Shown in pieces: positions 47,055-63,844 of a stretch of DNA of 64,000 nucleotides (the stretch's first letter is position 1; the number at the start of each line of letters is the position of its first letter). A program made the position numbers and the translations under genes. The DNA is from the human T2T-CHM13v2.0 reference genome, Homo sapiens. The notes under the pieces were generated by a model. It saw only the letters and a list, made by a program, of their open reading frames with translations. It was not told the DNA's origin and ran no database searches. The DNA is taken from NCBI RefSeq assembly GCF_009914755.1, contig NC_060935.1; one strand, 5' to 3'.

Positions 47055-47680
47055 TTTTAAACTTTTTTCTTTTGAAATGATTTCAAAGTTACAGAAAAGT
47101 TACAACAATAGTTCTAAAAAATCTTGTACACCTTTCTCTCAAAAACCCCATTCAGATTTCAAGAATATCCTTTATAACTTAAAGATCTGGTCCAGAATCA
47201 CATATTGCATTCACTTTTTGTGTCCCTATGGTCTTCTTCAATCTGCAGCAGCTCGTCAGTGTTTCCTTAATTTTCATGACCTTGATATTTTGTTGAAAAT
47301 TATAAGCCAGTCATTTTGTAGAATGTCCCTCAACCTGGTTATGTCCAGTATTTCCTCATGGATAGACCTGGGTTATACATTTTGGCTAGAATACCACAAA
47401 AATGATGCTGTGTTCTCATTGCATGCTACATGATGTGAATTCATCCCACCATCAGTGGCATTAACTTCATCACTTGATGAAAACGGTATCTGCCGTGTTT
47501 CTCCACTATTGTTATTTCCCTCCACCCCTACTTTGTAAGTACGAATTTTGCAAGGAAGTACTTTGAGACTATAATAGATACCATTCCTCACCCCCATTTC
47601 AACCCACTGGTTTTAGCATGCATTGATTTTTCTTGCCTGAATTAACTGTTATTCTAATGGTTGCCAAATGTTGAAATCAG
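47055..47680 (-). mobile_element. Old L1MC/ME 3' fragment
   Basis: ttttgaaatgatttcaaagttacagaaaagttacaa...ttttgtagaatgtccctcaacctgg. Confidence 0.65.
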
Positions 47681-47789
47681 GGCATTCGAGTAATTGAGGT
47701 AATTGAGAAAAAGATGATTCTTCCCTTTTCATGGTTTACTGGGCTTCTTTATTTTGAAGGATGTAGTCATTCATTGGATAATTTTTACA

Positions 47790-47883
47790 TTTATTTTTGC
47801 ATACACTGTATTCCTGTGTGTGTTCAGTGAAGGAATGCAGTTCAGTGAACACACACAGGGAATATAGTCTATGCAAAAATAAA
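47790..47883. repeat. Imperfect palindrome, ~42-bp arms and 9-nt loop
   Basis: tttatttttgcatacactgtattcctgtgtgtgttcagtgaa [ggaatgcag] ttcagtgaacacacacagggaatatagtctatgcaaaaataaa. Confidence 0.9.
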
Positions 47884-47899
47884 CAGTCTTGCTATTCCT

Positions 47900-48990
47900 T
47901 TAGCTTGTACTTCAGCTAATCTTAGATAACAGATTTCCTTGAATGCAGGAGGTTAAAAAAAAGAAAAGCAACAAAATTGGAACAAAAGAAAGCAATGTCT
48001 CTCCCAACCCAACCCTGCGAAAAGAACACCTCTTCTAGTTTTTGCAGATTGGCCCTGTGTTGTGTTCTTCTTCAACCTTTAGCAAGACTTGCATTGAGCC
48101 TATGGATTCAGACTGAAGTGAAGGCTTACAGTCTTCTCAGATGTTTTCTGAGCATGAATCTTGCCCTGAACATGAACATGACTTTTGAAATTTCTCTATA
48201 AACCTGAGTGCTTTTGAATGTCCTAATTTCCCAAGGAATGTTCCCCCAGCTTTTCCTCCTGGGTTTTAGGTGATTTATTGCATGTCTTGACCCACAGTCC
48301 TTTGCTCCAAATGTCCTGGGATTACTGGTTCACCTTGCAGCATTTTTGAGCAATATCTGCAGCTTTTTTGGCTTGAGTTCAATGATGGATAAGAAAGAGA
48401 CGAGTGAGATCAATGAGGGGTAAGAAAGAGACGAGTACCTTGCTTTGGGTAGCTCCTACACAAGTTAGATCACACATTCATATTAATTTTCAAATGGAGT
48501 CTGCACTGCTGTCTTTGGAACAGGGTCTTAGGTGCCACAATGAAACAGGGGCTGCTGTCACTTCAAACTGTGCTGTGATGGGAAGGATGTGGAGCAGATG
48601 AGTAAGAAAGCCACAAAGCGTTCCTAGCATTTTCATGTTTCCTTTTTCTTGATTCAGCATTCTCTTGGTTGCTGTAAACATTTGACTAGTTTCTAGAGTT
48701 CCAAAAAAGTTGTTTTGGACAGTTCTTGCTTGCTTTTTGATGTTTCTGTGAAGGTAAGCTTGGGGCTTCTACTCCCACATTTTACTGACATTACCCCTTG
48801 AATAAATCATTTATGTAAGAAAATTTAGGGAATTTTTTTTACAAAACAATAGGTCTCTAGAATTTATCCCATCTTACTGAAACTTTGTACACTTTGACCA
48901 AAATCTCCCCATTTCTGCCCCCCAAGCCCCAACCTCTGGTAACCACAATTATACTCTGTTTATAAGAGTTTGACTCTTTCTTTTAGTTCC
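47900..48990 (-). mobile_element. Old L1M fragments (5'-region-like and 3' piece)
   Basis: ttctcttggttgctgtaaacatttgactagtttctagagttcc; tctctagaatttatccc...actgaaactttgtacactttgacc. Confidence 0.5.
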
Positions 48991-49015
48991 AGGAAGTACA
49001 AACTTTATGATGGAT

Positions 49016-50170
49016 ATAAGAAGGTGATGGATGTTCTCCATTCACCCTTAAGGTCTATTTGCTGTTCTTCTCTAGCACAATTAACAACCCAGTGGGACAC
49101 ATTTCCGTACCTCATCAATGGGCTTCCTTTCCCTGTGGCTCCTTGTAAAGTTCAGTTAAAGGCGAACACTGATGAGATTGGAGGGCAGGATGTGAGGTAT
49201 ATGGGGATTGTTCATCTATCTCCTGGCTCTCTCCCTGCTAGGCTATGAATTGACAGTGGCAGTGTTACTTTACCTCATGACATAGTCCCTGCCTGTTGTC
49301 ACTTTCTATAGCTACAGCTATATCTACAGTCACAGCTACAGCCCTCTGAATTCTTGATAGCTGCTCCTTCTTCTTATTTCTTCAGTCTTGTAGTAAAACT
49401 CCTCCCAATTAATTGCCTTTGGGTTTTTATCTCTCTTAAGAGGTGCTTGACCAGTCCATTTTTGTAAATAGTGCTTTAATTAAACTCTTTTCATTTATTT
49501 CAGTTTGGACCCTGCATTTCATGCCAGGGCACTGCCAGATATACAAAAAGGAAAACTTTTGAAAAGCAAGGAAATCAGTGAAATCTGGGTTATTAACAGC
49601 GTTTTAGCTTTGAGAAACATGCATGTGCCCCAGCTTGCCTCTTTAAATTAAGGAAAACATCAGATTCATCACCATGACAGCAAATTAGTGTGGTTTGATG
49701 AAGAGAATGGTGAGAGTGTGCAATAAGGGGGCACAGTCCTGTTTTTGAGCATTCAGCTCTCCCACTGTCAAGCCTGCCAGCTCCCAAAGTTGCCAGGAGT
49801 GAGCGTCATGTCTCCTGTCTTTTCCTACTGGAGCCCCTATTGCTCCCTGAATATGCCATGCCAAGGTAGAGTTATGTGAATGTTCACTAAGAGGAAAAAC
49901 ATAATAATGGCTTTGGAAATAAGCTCAATAAATTCTAACATCTCCTTTATTCTCCTTGCTGGAGGTGGCAGGCTGATCTGTGTTCAAGACAGTGACAAAC
50001 TGCAATTGACAGTTGCTAGAGGGCACTTCTCTGACCTACGGAGGTGCCTGCAGTAGTTGAAGGGAAGCCTGGTGCTTATCAAAGTACTGGACAGCCCTGT
50101 GATTTCCTGTGCAGGGATCTGCTGGCAAATGAGAGTGCAGAGTCGTTTGAGTCATGACCTCTCACGAGAT
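49016..50170 (+). repeat. Diverged segmental-duplication partner of positions ~1-1575
   Basis: Co-linear anchors: ataagaaggtg, ctcctggctctct, tttcagtttggacc, tttgaaaag, catgtctcctgtcttttc, cctacgg, gcttat..ctggacag..atttcctg. Confidence 0.8.
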
Positions 50171-50463
50171 GTGTCTCACCATTTAGTCTCACTCTATTCT
50201 TGTCTTTGAACTTCTGCCAATCCCTGCCTGCATCCAATTCCTGTTGCTGTAAATGATGGTTGTTTTGGAGTCTTTTGCTGCTAACTGTGTGCATGACCAG
50301 CAATGCCAAGCAATGTGAGCCTGTGCTGGGAGAGTTTATAACTAAGAATAAAGCACACCCTCCTCATTTGTCACTCAAGGCCCTCTGTGGCCTGTCCCAC
50401 CCTTTTTCTTTATCAAAGTAGTAACGTGTCCATGTTTACTCTGTCTTTCCAGAGCACAGAAAT

Positions 50464-50841
50464 TGTATTAATTCATTCCTGCACTGCTATAAATAACTAC
50501 CTGAGGGAGGTAATTTATAAAGAAAAGAGGTTTAATTGGTTTATGGTTCCTCAGGCTGTACAGGAAGCATGACTGAGGAAGCTTCAGGACATTTTCAATA
50601 ATGGTGGAAGGTGAAGCGGGCACTTCTTTCATGGCCGGAGCAGGAGGAAGAGAGGAGGGCTAGGTGCTACACACTTTTAAATAACCAGATCTTGTGATAA
50701 CTTGCTCACTATCAAGAGAACAGCTCCAAAGGGAAAATCTGCTCCCATGATCTAATCACTAGCCACCAGGTCCCACCTCCAACACTGGGGATTACAATTT
50801 GACATGAGATTTGAGCAGGGACACACACCCAATCCATATCA
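50464..50841 (-). mobile_element. MST-type MaLR solo LTR
   Basis: Termini tgtattaa...catatca; 5-bp TSD gaaat/gaagt. Confidence 0.88.
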
Positions 50842-51089
50842 GAAGTGTATCAAATACAAGGTCAAAGTCTTCCTAAATCCTGTTCTCTAGAAGCAACAAC
50901 TTGTTAGTTTTTGTTGTTAAATCTTTCATTAGTTATGAATATAGCTTTGAACAGTAAATTTTATTACTCTGTTTAACATTTATCTGTGTTAACAGTTGGA
51001 TAAATTGTCACCCCTTGTGAGATGTAAGGAAGTTAACCACACACTAGTCACACTCAGCTCTCTAGGAACAAGCATAGAGTGAGTGAAAG

Positions 51090-51535
51090 ATGAATTCAAC
51101 CAGATGGAGTTTTGTCTGGCAAGTTGGCAGAGGAAAGTGTGGCAAGGAGGTGGAGGGTATGTGCAAGGTAGTGATTACAAAAATGGGGTGTGAAATCTAA
51201 AGTTAGCAATGGTGACAGTGGGGAAGCCAAGGTCAATGAGTCATGTTGGGTGAAGATACTGGAGGCTGAGATGGTGTGCAAGAGTTGAGGCATTCGGGAA
51301 AATAAGTTGTACAGATTAGAGTTGAGGGGAAGGCAGTGCGATTTTGAAACTGAGATTGTGGAGGTGATGCCATTGGGGGTTATGACAAGATCTAAGCCTG
51401 GATGGTTAGAATGGGGTAGGTGACAAGATTAAAGGAAGGAGGTGTTTAGGAGATGGAAAGCTTAGGATGTTGGATTGCCATCTACAAGGACATTGGAGTC
51501 ATCACGAATGAGGACAGGGTGATGCTGGAGAAGTC
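51090..51535 (-). mobile_element. L2 fragment
   Basis: Purine-rich antisense L2 pattern; minus strand near 51500 gives PVLIRDDSNVLVD, resembling the endonuclease ILGDFNIHVD motif. Confidence 0.5.
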
Positions 51536-52483
51536 TATAAACTGGCTACTTAGGACAGAAAATATAAACGTTCACATACCCACCCTGCAAATTATTAAGC
51601 ATATATTAAAAATGTGTCATATTTGTCACCAATTTCTCTTTAAAAATGAATAAATAAAACTACAGATACAACAGATGCTCCAACCTTGCATTGCTTCTCT
51701 CTGTGGCTCTTCAAAGATTTTGAAATTGATGGGCATTATTCTGCCCATCAGAATAATGGAAGTTAACAATCCAATTTCATCTAAATAAGAAGATAGTGGA
51801 AGTTAATCCAGTTTTGATAACTGGAAGTTAACAATCCCATTTTATCTAATGTGAAGATACTATCAAAAATATATTTCAAAAGCAGTGCTGTATGACATGT
51901 ACAATTTTAAAATAAAGTTGCTAATTTATTTTAAAATTCTTACCTTAAAAATTCTTTTTAAAATTCTTATTTTAAAATTGGTTACCCAACTCTCAAGACA
52001 TCATCTACATCAGGGTATAAAAAGATTAAGAGTTGAATTTTTATGGTAGGAGAAAAATGTTGTATTTAAAATAAAATGAGTCATCTCTCCCTCTCTCATT
52101 TTGGCCTTGCATTACAGGATTCTTTATGATGGACAACATCTTCAGCCACAGCTGTACAATTGATGGTAGATTCCCAGGGCTGACTCATAATAATTCTTAG
52201 TCTGAACTGGTGACATCACATCAAGGCACCATGCCTACTGCATGGGCTACAAACACTGTCTTCCTACTTCTTCCCTCCTGTAGGAAGCCCTCACCTATAG
52301 CCAAGACCTACGACAGCATTTGGAAGTCAAGGGTGTATGTATAGGATACAGAGTCAACAGAGTACTGAACCTGGAAGAATATCAAATCTGGAGTCAGAAA
52401 ACTGATATTGTGTTTTTTTTCTTTTTAGCCTGGCCTTGAAATCTCTCTCTGAAGAGAGTGGTAATGAACTCTAGTCCTGCCCT

Positions 52484-53220
<737 letters not shown>

Positions 53221-53229
53221 GAGGCAGAG

Positions 53230-53578
53230 GGAGTAGAATGATGATTACCAGAGGCTGGGAGGGGTAGTGGGAAGTGGTGGATGAAGAGGGGTTGGCTAAT
53301 GGGTATAAATATATGGTTAGAAGGAATAAGATCTAGTGTTTGGTAGTACAATAGGGTGACTATAGTTAACAAAATTTTATTGTATTTTTCAAAATAATGG
53401 AGTGGAATTGGAATGTCCCTAACACAAAAAGTTAGATGCTTGAGGTAGATACCTCAATTACCCCATTTGATCATAATACATTGTATGTTTATATTAAAAT
53501 ATCACATATGCCCCATTATATGTACAACTCTTATGTAGCCAAAATAATTAAAATTTAAGTAGATTGAAAAAAGTAAAA
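53230..53578 (+). mobile_element. L1MA-type 3' end
   Basis: agtagaatgatgattaccagaggctgggagggg...gaataagatctagtgtttggtagtacaatagggtgactatagttaac; A-rich tail. Confidence 0.8.
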
Positions 53579-53819
53579 GATCCAGAGGAGATAATATAAG
53601 AAATTTATTCGTATCATAGAGATATTCTACTTTGGGACTAATGATTTCTCTGAGAAAAACTAGAAAAGCCACATTAAATATATCTATTTGAAGACATTGA
53701 AGAATAACTGAGGCACTTTGGCGGCATGAGGCTGAGAGAAGAGCAGGTAATTGTCAAGTCTGGCAGGGCAGTGTTTACTGTCAAAGTCACATCTGACTGA
53801 CCAAGGCAGAGGCTTTTCC

Positions 53820-54555
53820 TCACTGCCTCAGTCTGCTTCCCGACAGCTTCAGGGTTTCCTGAACAAGTCTGCCTCCACCTTCATATACTTCAGCAGTGTC
53901 CTGCAGAGCCCTCTGGAGAACCAGCTTGAGGATCTTCCCATATTGATACTACCTAAAGGAGCCAACAAAGAAAGCAAATAATAGGGTTGGTGCAGCTGCT
54001 AGCAAGTCAAGATAAACACAATGCAATCAAGACAAAAGAATGAATTGTAGTCAATTTGAACCCACAACCCAAGAAACAATTGAACACCAGCAGGTAGGCT
54101 GCAGAAGTGGAAGACTAGGACCAGAAGCAGGTTGTCACATAAGAGCCTGGTCAGCTGCAGCACCTGCAGCCACACAGGAGTCTGACCAGTAGGGACAGGC
54201 TGGACCCAGAGAGAACACATGGTAATGAAATAAAGTGCCAGAAACCAAGCAAAATTAGAGTACCCCAAAAGAAGCTACAGTAGTTCCTTTCAAGGATGCT
54301 CAGCAGCAGGGACAGGACCAAGATGCCACATATGACAGCTGACTTCTGTCTCAGGTGGTGGTAACAGTATACCAGATGCACCACAGTACGGACTGCAGTG
54401 CTTGGTGCTAATGGCACTGAGCATGCCTAGACTCGTAATGTAAAAATAAGTTATCATAGTGATACAGAAGTAGGGGATGGAGATGGAGATGGGGTGGAAG
54501 GAGCTGATGAGTTTCAGCAGGGAATCTAAAATCTGGCAGCAGGAAAGAGGAAGTC
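53820..54555 (-). pseudogene. MAS-related G protein-coupled receptor X-type pseudogene (TM2 to C-terminus; N-terminus and TM1 missing)
   Basis: Pieces across frames: DFLF.CCQILDSLL...YITSLGMLSAISTKHC; SAVICGILVLSLLLSILE..CSF; CVLSGSSLSLLVRLLCG; LTRL...LVLVF.FCSLP.GVQLFL.LW; NPII.FFVGSFR*; [37 protein letters not shown] (stop 53820-53822). These match MRGPRX1/2 motifs. Several frameshifts, and stops at 53999 and 53949. Confidence 0.95.
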
Positions 54556-54619
54556 TCTCTATGCTAGTTTTCATTTTCTTTCCAATTGACACAGATGTGT
54601 GTCAAAAGGTGAAAGTCTT

Positions 54620-54946
54620 TTGGTTTATCTTTCCATAAGTTATTCGGATACAGGTGGTATTTGGTTACATTAGTAAGTTCTTTAATGGTGATTTGTGAGA
54701 TCCTGGTGCACCCATCACCCAAGCAGTATACACTGCACCATATTTGTTGTCTTTTATCCCTCGCCCCCCCAACTCTTCCCCGCAAGTCCCCAAAGTCTAT
54801 TGTATCATTCTTATGCCTTGGCATCCTCATAGCTTAGCTCCCACATATCAGTGAGAACATACAATGTTTGGTTTTCCATTCCTGAGTTACTTCACTTAGG
54901 ATAATAGTCTCATTCAGGTCACTGCAAATGCTGTTAATTCACTCAC
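54620..54946 (-). mobile_element. 5'-truncated L1PB 3' end
   Basis: Same 3'UTR type as the 31715 element; TSD aaggtgaaagtctt on both sides (~54606, 54947). Confidence 0.9.
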
Positions 54947-55004
54947 AAGGTGAAAGTCTTATTGAATTCTAGTCTCCAGAACCAACAACTTGCTTCAGTT
55001 GTTC

Positions 55005-55200
55005 TTTTATTAGTTATTATGTTAAACTGTTTTATTAATTCTGATTATAGATTAATGTTATATATTAATGTTGTATTATATGTTAACGTATATTTTACTA
55101 GTTAATATTATAAATATTTGTGTAGATTGTTAATATAGGTTATGTAAACATAATTATAAATTTGAGCAGTAAACTTTTTATTTCTATTTTTAAAGTTTAT
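55005..55200. repeat. AT-rich low-complexity tract
   Basis: Repeated ttaatgtta/tatatt motifs. Confidence 0.7.
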
Positions 55201-55807
55201 CAGCATTAATAACAGGATCAACTGACTCCCTATATAAGATGTAAAGTGTTTAGGATATGACAGAGAATTTTGAATTATCGGATTGGAAATTTAAAATAAC
55301 TGATTAATGTGCTAAGGATGCTAAGGGAAAGTGAACATTATGCGAGAGCAGACGAATAATATTAGCAGAGTGAAGAAAATTCTAAGAGGAAATGCTAGAA
55401 ATTAAAAAAAAAAAACACTGTATTAGAAATGTAGAATGTCTTTGATGGGCTCATCAGTAGACTGGACCCAACATAAAAAAGAGTGAGCCTGAAGACAGGT
55501 CAATAGAAACTTCCCGAAAATGAAAAAGAGGAAAAAACAAAAAAACCGAAAGTGAAACAGAATGTTCACAAGTGGGGGACAAATATTAAAAAAGGATAGC
55601 AACACACATATAATAGAAATACTGAAGAAGAAAGAAAGAACAGATAAAATATATGAAGTAATAATCTCCAAAGATTTTCTAAAATTATTGACAGACACCA
55701 AATCACAGATCAGGAAGCTCAGAAAACACCAAGCAGGATAAATACCAAACAATCTATACCTCAGCATATGGTATTCAAACTGCAGAAAATCAAAGACAAG
55801 AAAATCT

Positions 55808-57075
55808 TTTATTATTATTATACTTTAAGTTCTGGGATACATGTACACAACATGCAGGTTTGTTGCATATGTATACATGTGCCAAGTTGGTGGGCTGCAC
55901 CCATTAACTCATCATTTATATTAGGTATATCTCCTAATGCTATCCCTCCCCCCTGCCCCCACCCACGACAGGCCCCGGTGTGTGATGTTCCCCACCCTGT
56001 GTCCAAGTGTTCTCATTGTTCAGTTCCCACCTATGAGTGAGAACATGTGGTGTTTGGTTTTCTGTCCTTGTGATAGTTTGCTCAGAATGATGGTTTCCAG
56101 CTTCATCCATGTCCCTACAAAGGACATGAACTCATCCTTTTTTATGGCTGTATAGTATTCCATGGTATCTATGTGCCACATTTTCTTAATCCAGTCTATC
56201 ATTGATGGACATTTGGGTTGGTTCCAAGTCTTTGCTATTGTGAATAGTGCCACAAGAAACATACGTGTGCATGTGTCTTTATAGTAGCATGATTTACAAT
56301 CCTTTGGGTATATACCCAGTAATGGGATGGCTGGGTCAAATGGTATTTCTAGTTCTAGATCCTTGAGGAATCGCCACACTGACTTCCACAATGGTTGAAC
56401 TAGTTTACAGTCCCACCAACAGTGTAAAAATGTTCCTATTTCTCCACATGCTCTCCAGCATCTGTTGTTTCCTGACTTTTTAATGATCACCATTCTAACT
56501 GGTGTGAGATGGTATCTCATTGTGGTTTTGATTTGCATTTCTCTGATGGCCAGTGATGATGAGCATTTTTTCATGTGTCTTTTGGCTGCATAAATGTCTT
56601 CTTTTGAGAAGTGTCTGTTCATATCCTTTGTCCACTTTTTGATGGGGTTGTTTGATTTTTTCTTGTAAATTTGTAGTTCTTTGTAGATTCTGGATATTAG
56701 CCCTTTGTCAGATGGGTAGATTGTAAAACTTTTCTCCCATTCTGTAGGTTGCCTGTTTACTCTGATGGTAGTTTCTTTTGCTGTGCAGAAGCTCTTTAGT
56801 TTAATTAGATCTCATTGGTCAATTTTGGCTTTTGTTGCCATTGATTTTCTTGTTTTAGTCATGAAGTCCTTGCCCATATCTATGTCCTGAATGGTATTGC
56901 CTAGGTTTTCTTCTAGGGTTTTTATGGTTTTAGGTCTAAAATTTAAGTCTTTAATCCATCTTGAATTAATTTTTGTATAAGGTGTAAGGAAGGGATCCAG
57001 TTTCAGCTTTCTACATATGGCTAGCCAGTTTTCCCAGCACCATTTATTAAATAAAGAGTCCTTTCCCCATTTCTT
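55808..57075 (-). mobile_element. 5'-truncated L1PA (PA5/6-like), ~1.27 kb
   Basis: 200-aa ORF2 C-terminus (56020-56622, CWRACGE...HCWWDC); TSD aagacaa(a)gaaaatctt at 55792 and 57076. Confidence 0.95.
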
Positions 57076-58585
57076 AAGACAAAGAAAATCTTGAATGAAG
57101 GCAGAGAGGAAATACCTTACCTACAGAGGAGCAAGGATAAGAATAACACTAGACTTCTCTTCAGAATTCTTGCATGCAAAAAGGGCATGGCATGAAATAT
57201 TTAAAGTGTTGAAAGAAAACAACCACCAACTTAAAACTGTACCTAGTGAAGTCATCCTTTAGAGGAATAAAAAGGGCTGTTTCAAACAAACAAAAATTGA
57301 TGACGTTTGTTTCAGTAGACCTGCCGTGCAAGAAAGGTTAAAGTAATTCTTCAGAGAAAAGGAAACTGATACTGATCAGAAACTCAGCCCTACATGAAGA
57401 AAGAACTTTCAAGAAGGAATAAATGAAGGTAAAATATTTTTTATATCTTGTTCTTAACTAGCAAGTAACAGTTTGTTCAAAATAATAATAGTAACAATAT
57501 TGGATGATTGTAGTTTATATAGTATGTAAGTGAAAAATGTATGACAGCAATGTTAGAAGACAGCAGAGAGAGGAATTGAAAATATCATATGGTACCCACA
57601 CTATTCATGAAGCAAAAGTGGACTTAGAGTAGTTGTGAATGTATATTATAAATTCTAAGGCAATCACTAAAATAAACTTTTAAAAGAAGTGTAATTGATA
57701 CACCGAGAGAGAAAAGAAAAAGGAATCATAAATTGCTCAGTTAAAACAAGAGAGGGCAGAAAAAGAAGTGAGGAGAGAAAGAGAGAACAGGAGCAATGAA
57801 TAGAATTCAATTACATATCTGGTAGATATCAATCCAACTGTATCAATAATCACTTTAAATGTGAATGGTTTAAATATCAATTTAAAGAAAGGGTCTATAA
57901 GAGTAGTAAAAGGGCAACACCTAACTCTATGTTGTGTACAGAAACCAACTTCAAATATAATGACACAGTGGATTAAAATAAAAGATGAAGAAAGTGATGT
58001 CATACTAATACTAATTAAAAGAAGGTTATAGTAGCTATATTTATTTCAGACGAAGACTTCACAGCAAGGAAAACTATCAGGGATAAATAAGGGCAATGGC
58101 CCCATAATAAAGGGGTCAATCTTCCAATAAGATATAATAATCCTAAATTCATATGTGCCTAACAGCATAGCACCAAAATATCTGTGGCAAAAAACCAATA
58201 GGAAGGTAAGGGAAAATAGATACATCCACTATTAGCACTGGAGCCTTAACACCTCTCTTTCAGTAATTGAGAGATCCAGCAGGCAGAAAATCTTTAAGTA
58301 TATATGTAATTGAATTGAACAGCACCATCAATCAACTGGATCTTGTTGATTTCCAACAGATTGATCCAATAACAGTAGAATGCATAGTCTCAAGTTTACA
58401 TGGAACTTTCAAGATAAATCATATCCTAAGCTATGAAACACACCTTAACAAAATTAATATAAATATAAATCATACAGCATATGTTTTCATACAATGATAC
58501 AGTTAACCCAGAGATCAATAGCAGAAAGACAGAAAATCCTCAAATTTGGAGGATTTGAGATTAAACAACACACTTCTAAAAATCA

Positions 58586-58903
<318 letters not shown>

Positions 58904-59689
58904 TCACGTGGGTTGAAGGAATCTCAAGAAAAATTTTAAAATATTAACTATATAAAAATAAAACATCAAAATGTGTGGAATGCAGCAAAAGCAGTTAATG
59001 AGTAAAATTAATAGCAGTGAAATCATGTAATTACAAAAGAAGAAAAAACTAAAATCAATGAGCTTCTACCTTAGGAAACTTTAAAAAAAAAGAGAGAGCA
59101 AATTAAGTGCAAAGTAAGCAGATGAAGAAAAAACAGATCAGAAATTAGTGAAATTAAAGATAGGAAATTAATAGAGAAAATCAATGTAACCAAAAGCTTT
59201 TCTTTGAACCTATCAATAAAATTGATATACCTTTGGCCAGCATAACCAAAGGGAAAAAAAAGACACAGATTATTAATATCAGAAAGAGGAGAGTATCACA
59301 AGTGATCCCATGGACATTAAAAGGACAATAAAGGAATACTATGAATAACTTTATGCCCACAAATTTGATAACTTGGATGAAATATAATAATTCATGAAAC
59401 ATGCATCTACTAACATTCACACAGAAGAAATAGATACTCTGAGTAGACCTATATCTATTTTAAAAATTGACTCAATAATAACCTTCCAAAACATAAAGCC
59501 CCAGGCCCAGATGTTTTCGCTGGTTAATTCTATTAAATATTGAAAGAAGAAATGATACTATTCTCTACAATCTCTCCCAGAAAATAGAAACAGAGTATTT
59601 CCTATCTCATTCTGTGAGGTCAGCATTACCTGAATACCAAAACCCGAAAGAGACATTACTAGAAAGAGCATCTGGCTTTTCATCTTTAT

Positions 59690-59962
59690 GTGTGATGTTA
59701 GTTGCTGATTAACCATGTTTTAAATTTTTTTCTTTACTTTATTACACGTTGACATCTCAAAACCATGCAGACCTGGGAGATACTGCCCCTCCCCAGGTTA
59801 GGTAATTCTTACGTATAGAAAACTACTCCCATGAGAGCATTATTTTTATTTGTAAACCAACCAATCCTAAGCCTGTATCCCCAACCATCTCCTTTAAGAA
59901 GCTCCCACCCTCAAGCCAATATTCTTCTGCCCTAATCAACCAAGTCCAGATATTGGACAACA
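59690..59962. mobile_element. LTR fragment (MER21-like) at an internal deletion of the L1M
   Basis: ctgcccctccccagg...aaccaaccaatcc...ctgccctaatca motifs; the L1 jumps from mid to late ORF2 across it. Confidence 0.45.
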
Positions 59963-61164
59963 TTACTAAAACTAAAATATTTGCTCTGCAAAAGACACTA
60001 CACTCTTAACAGAATGAAAAGGTAAGCCATGAACTGGAGGAAACTGTTTGCAAAATACATATCTGAAAAGGACTAGTATCCAGATATACAAATAACATTT
60101 AAAATTCAACAATAAGAAAACAGACAACACAATTAAAAATGGGCAAAAGATCTCAATAGATTTTTTTACCAAAGAAGTTACAAAGATGGCAAACAAGCAT
60201 GTGAAAAAATACTTACTGGGTTATGTCATTACAGTTATAAACAAACAAAAAAATGAGACACTACTACATACCTATTAGTGTTTGAACCTGAAATTTAAAA
60301 CACTGACAACACTAAATTCTGGGGGAGATGTGGTGCAAGAGACATTTTTACGCATAGCTGGTTGGAATACAAAATAGTAAAGTCACTTAGGAAAACAGTC
60401 TACAAGCTTTTAATAAAGACAAAGATAGGCTTGTTATAAGACCTAGCAATCATGCTCCTAGATATTTATTCAAATGAGTTGAAAGCTTATATCCACACAA
60501 AAACCTACACAAAAATGTTTATGGCAACTTTAGTCATAATTACCAAAACTTAGGAGCAATCAAGATATCATTTAATAGTGAATAGAAAAACAAACTGTGG
60601 AATGTTTATAAATGAAGTGTTATTCAATAGAAAGAAAAAAGCTATCAAGCTATGAAAACATAAGGAAGCACTTTAAATGCCTATTGATAAGTGAAAGAAG
60701 CTAGTTTGAAAGAGCTACATACTGTGTAATTCCAGCTATATGACATCTAGAAAAGGCAAAACTATGGAAATAGTAAATAGGACAATGATTGCCAGTGGTT
60801 TGAGGATGGGGTGGTGGGGAAGAATGAATAAGTGGAATAAAAGTTGTTTTTAGGGCAGTGAAACTATTATGTACATTACTGTAATAGTAGATGCATGACA
60901 TTCTGGATTTGTCAAAACCCATCAAACTGTACAATATAAAGAATAATCCATAATGTAAACTATGGATTTTAATTTATAGTAATACATCAGTCTTGGTTTA
61001 TCAATTTTAACAAATGTACCACACTAACTCAAGATATTAAATATAGAAGAATGTATGGGGGTGGGGATAGGAAGAGAGAGTTTATGGAAACCATTTGTAT
61101 TTTCTGTGCATTTTTTTGAAAACCTAAAAGTACTATAAAAAATACTGCATTAAAAATAAAGGGT

Positions 61165-63844
<2,680 letters not shown>

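Noticed and set aside
53820-54555. Assigning a specific MRGPRX gene symbol
   Set aside because: The family is clear, but the pseudogene number cannot be determined without a database.
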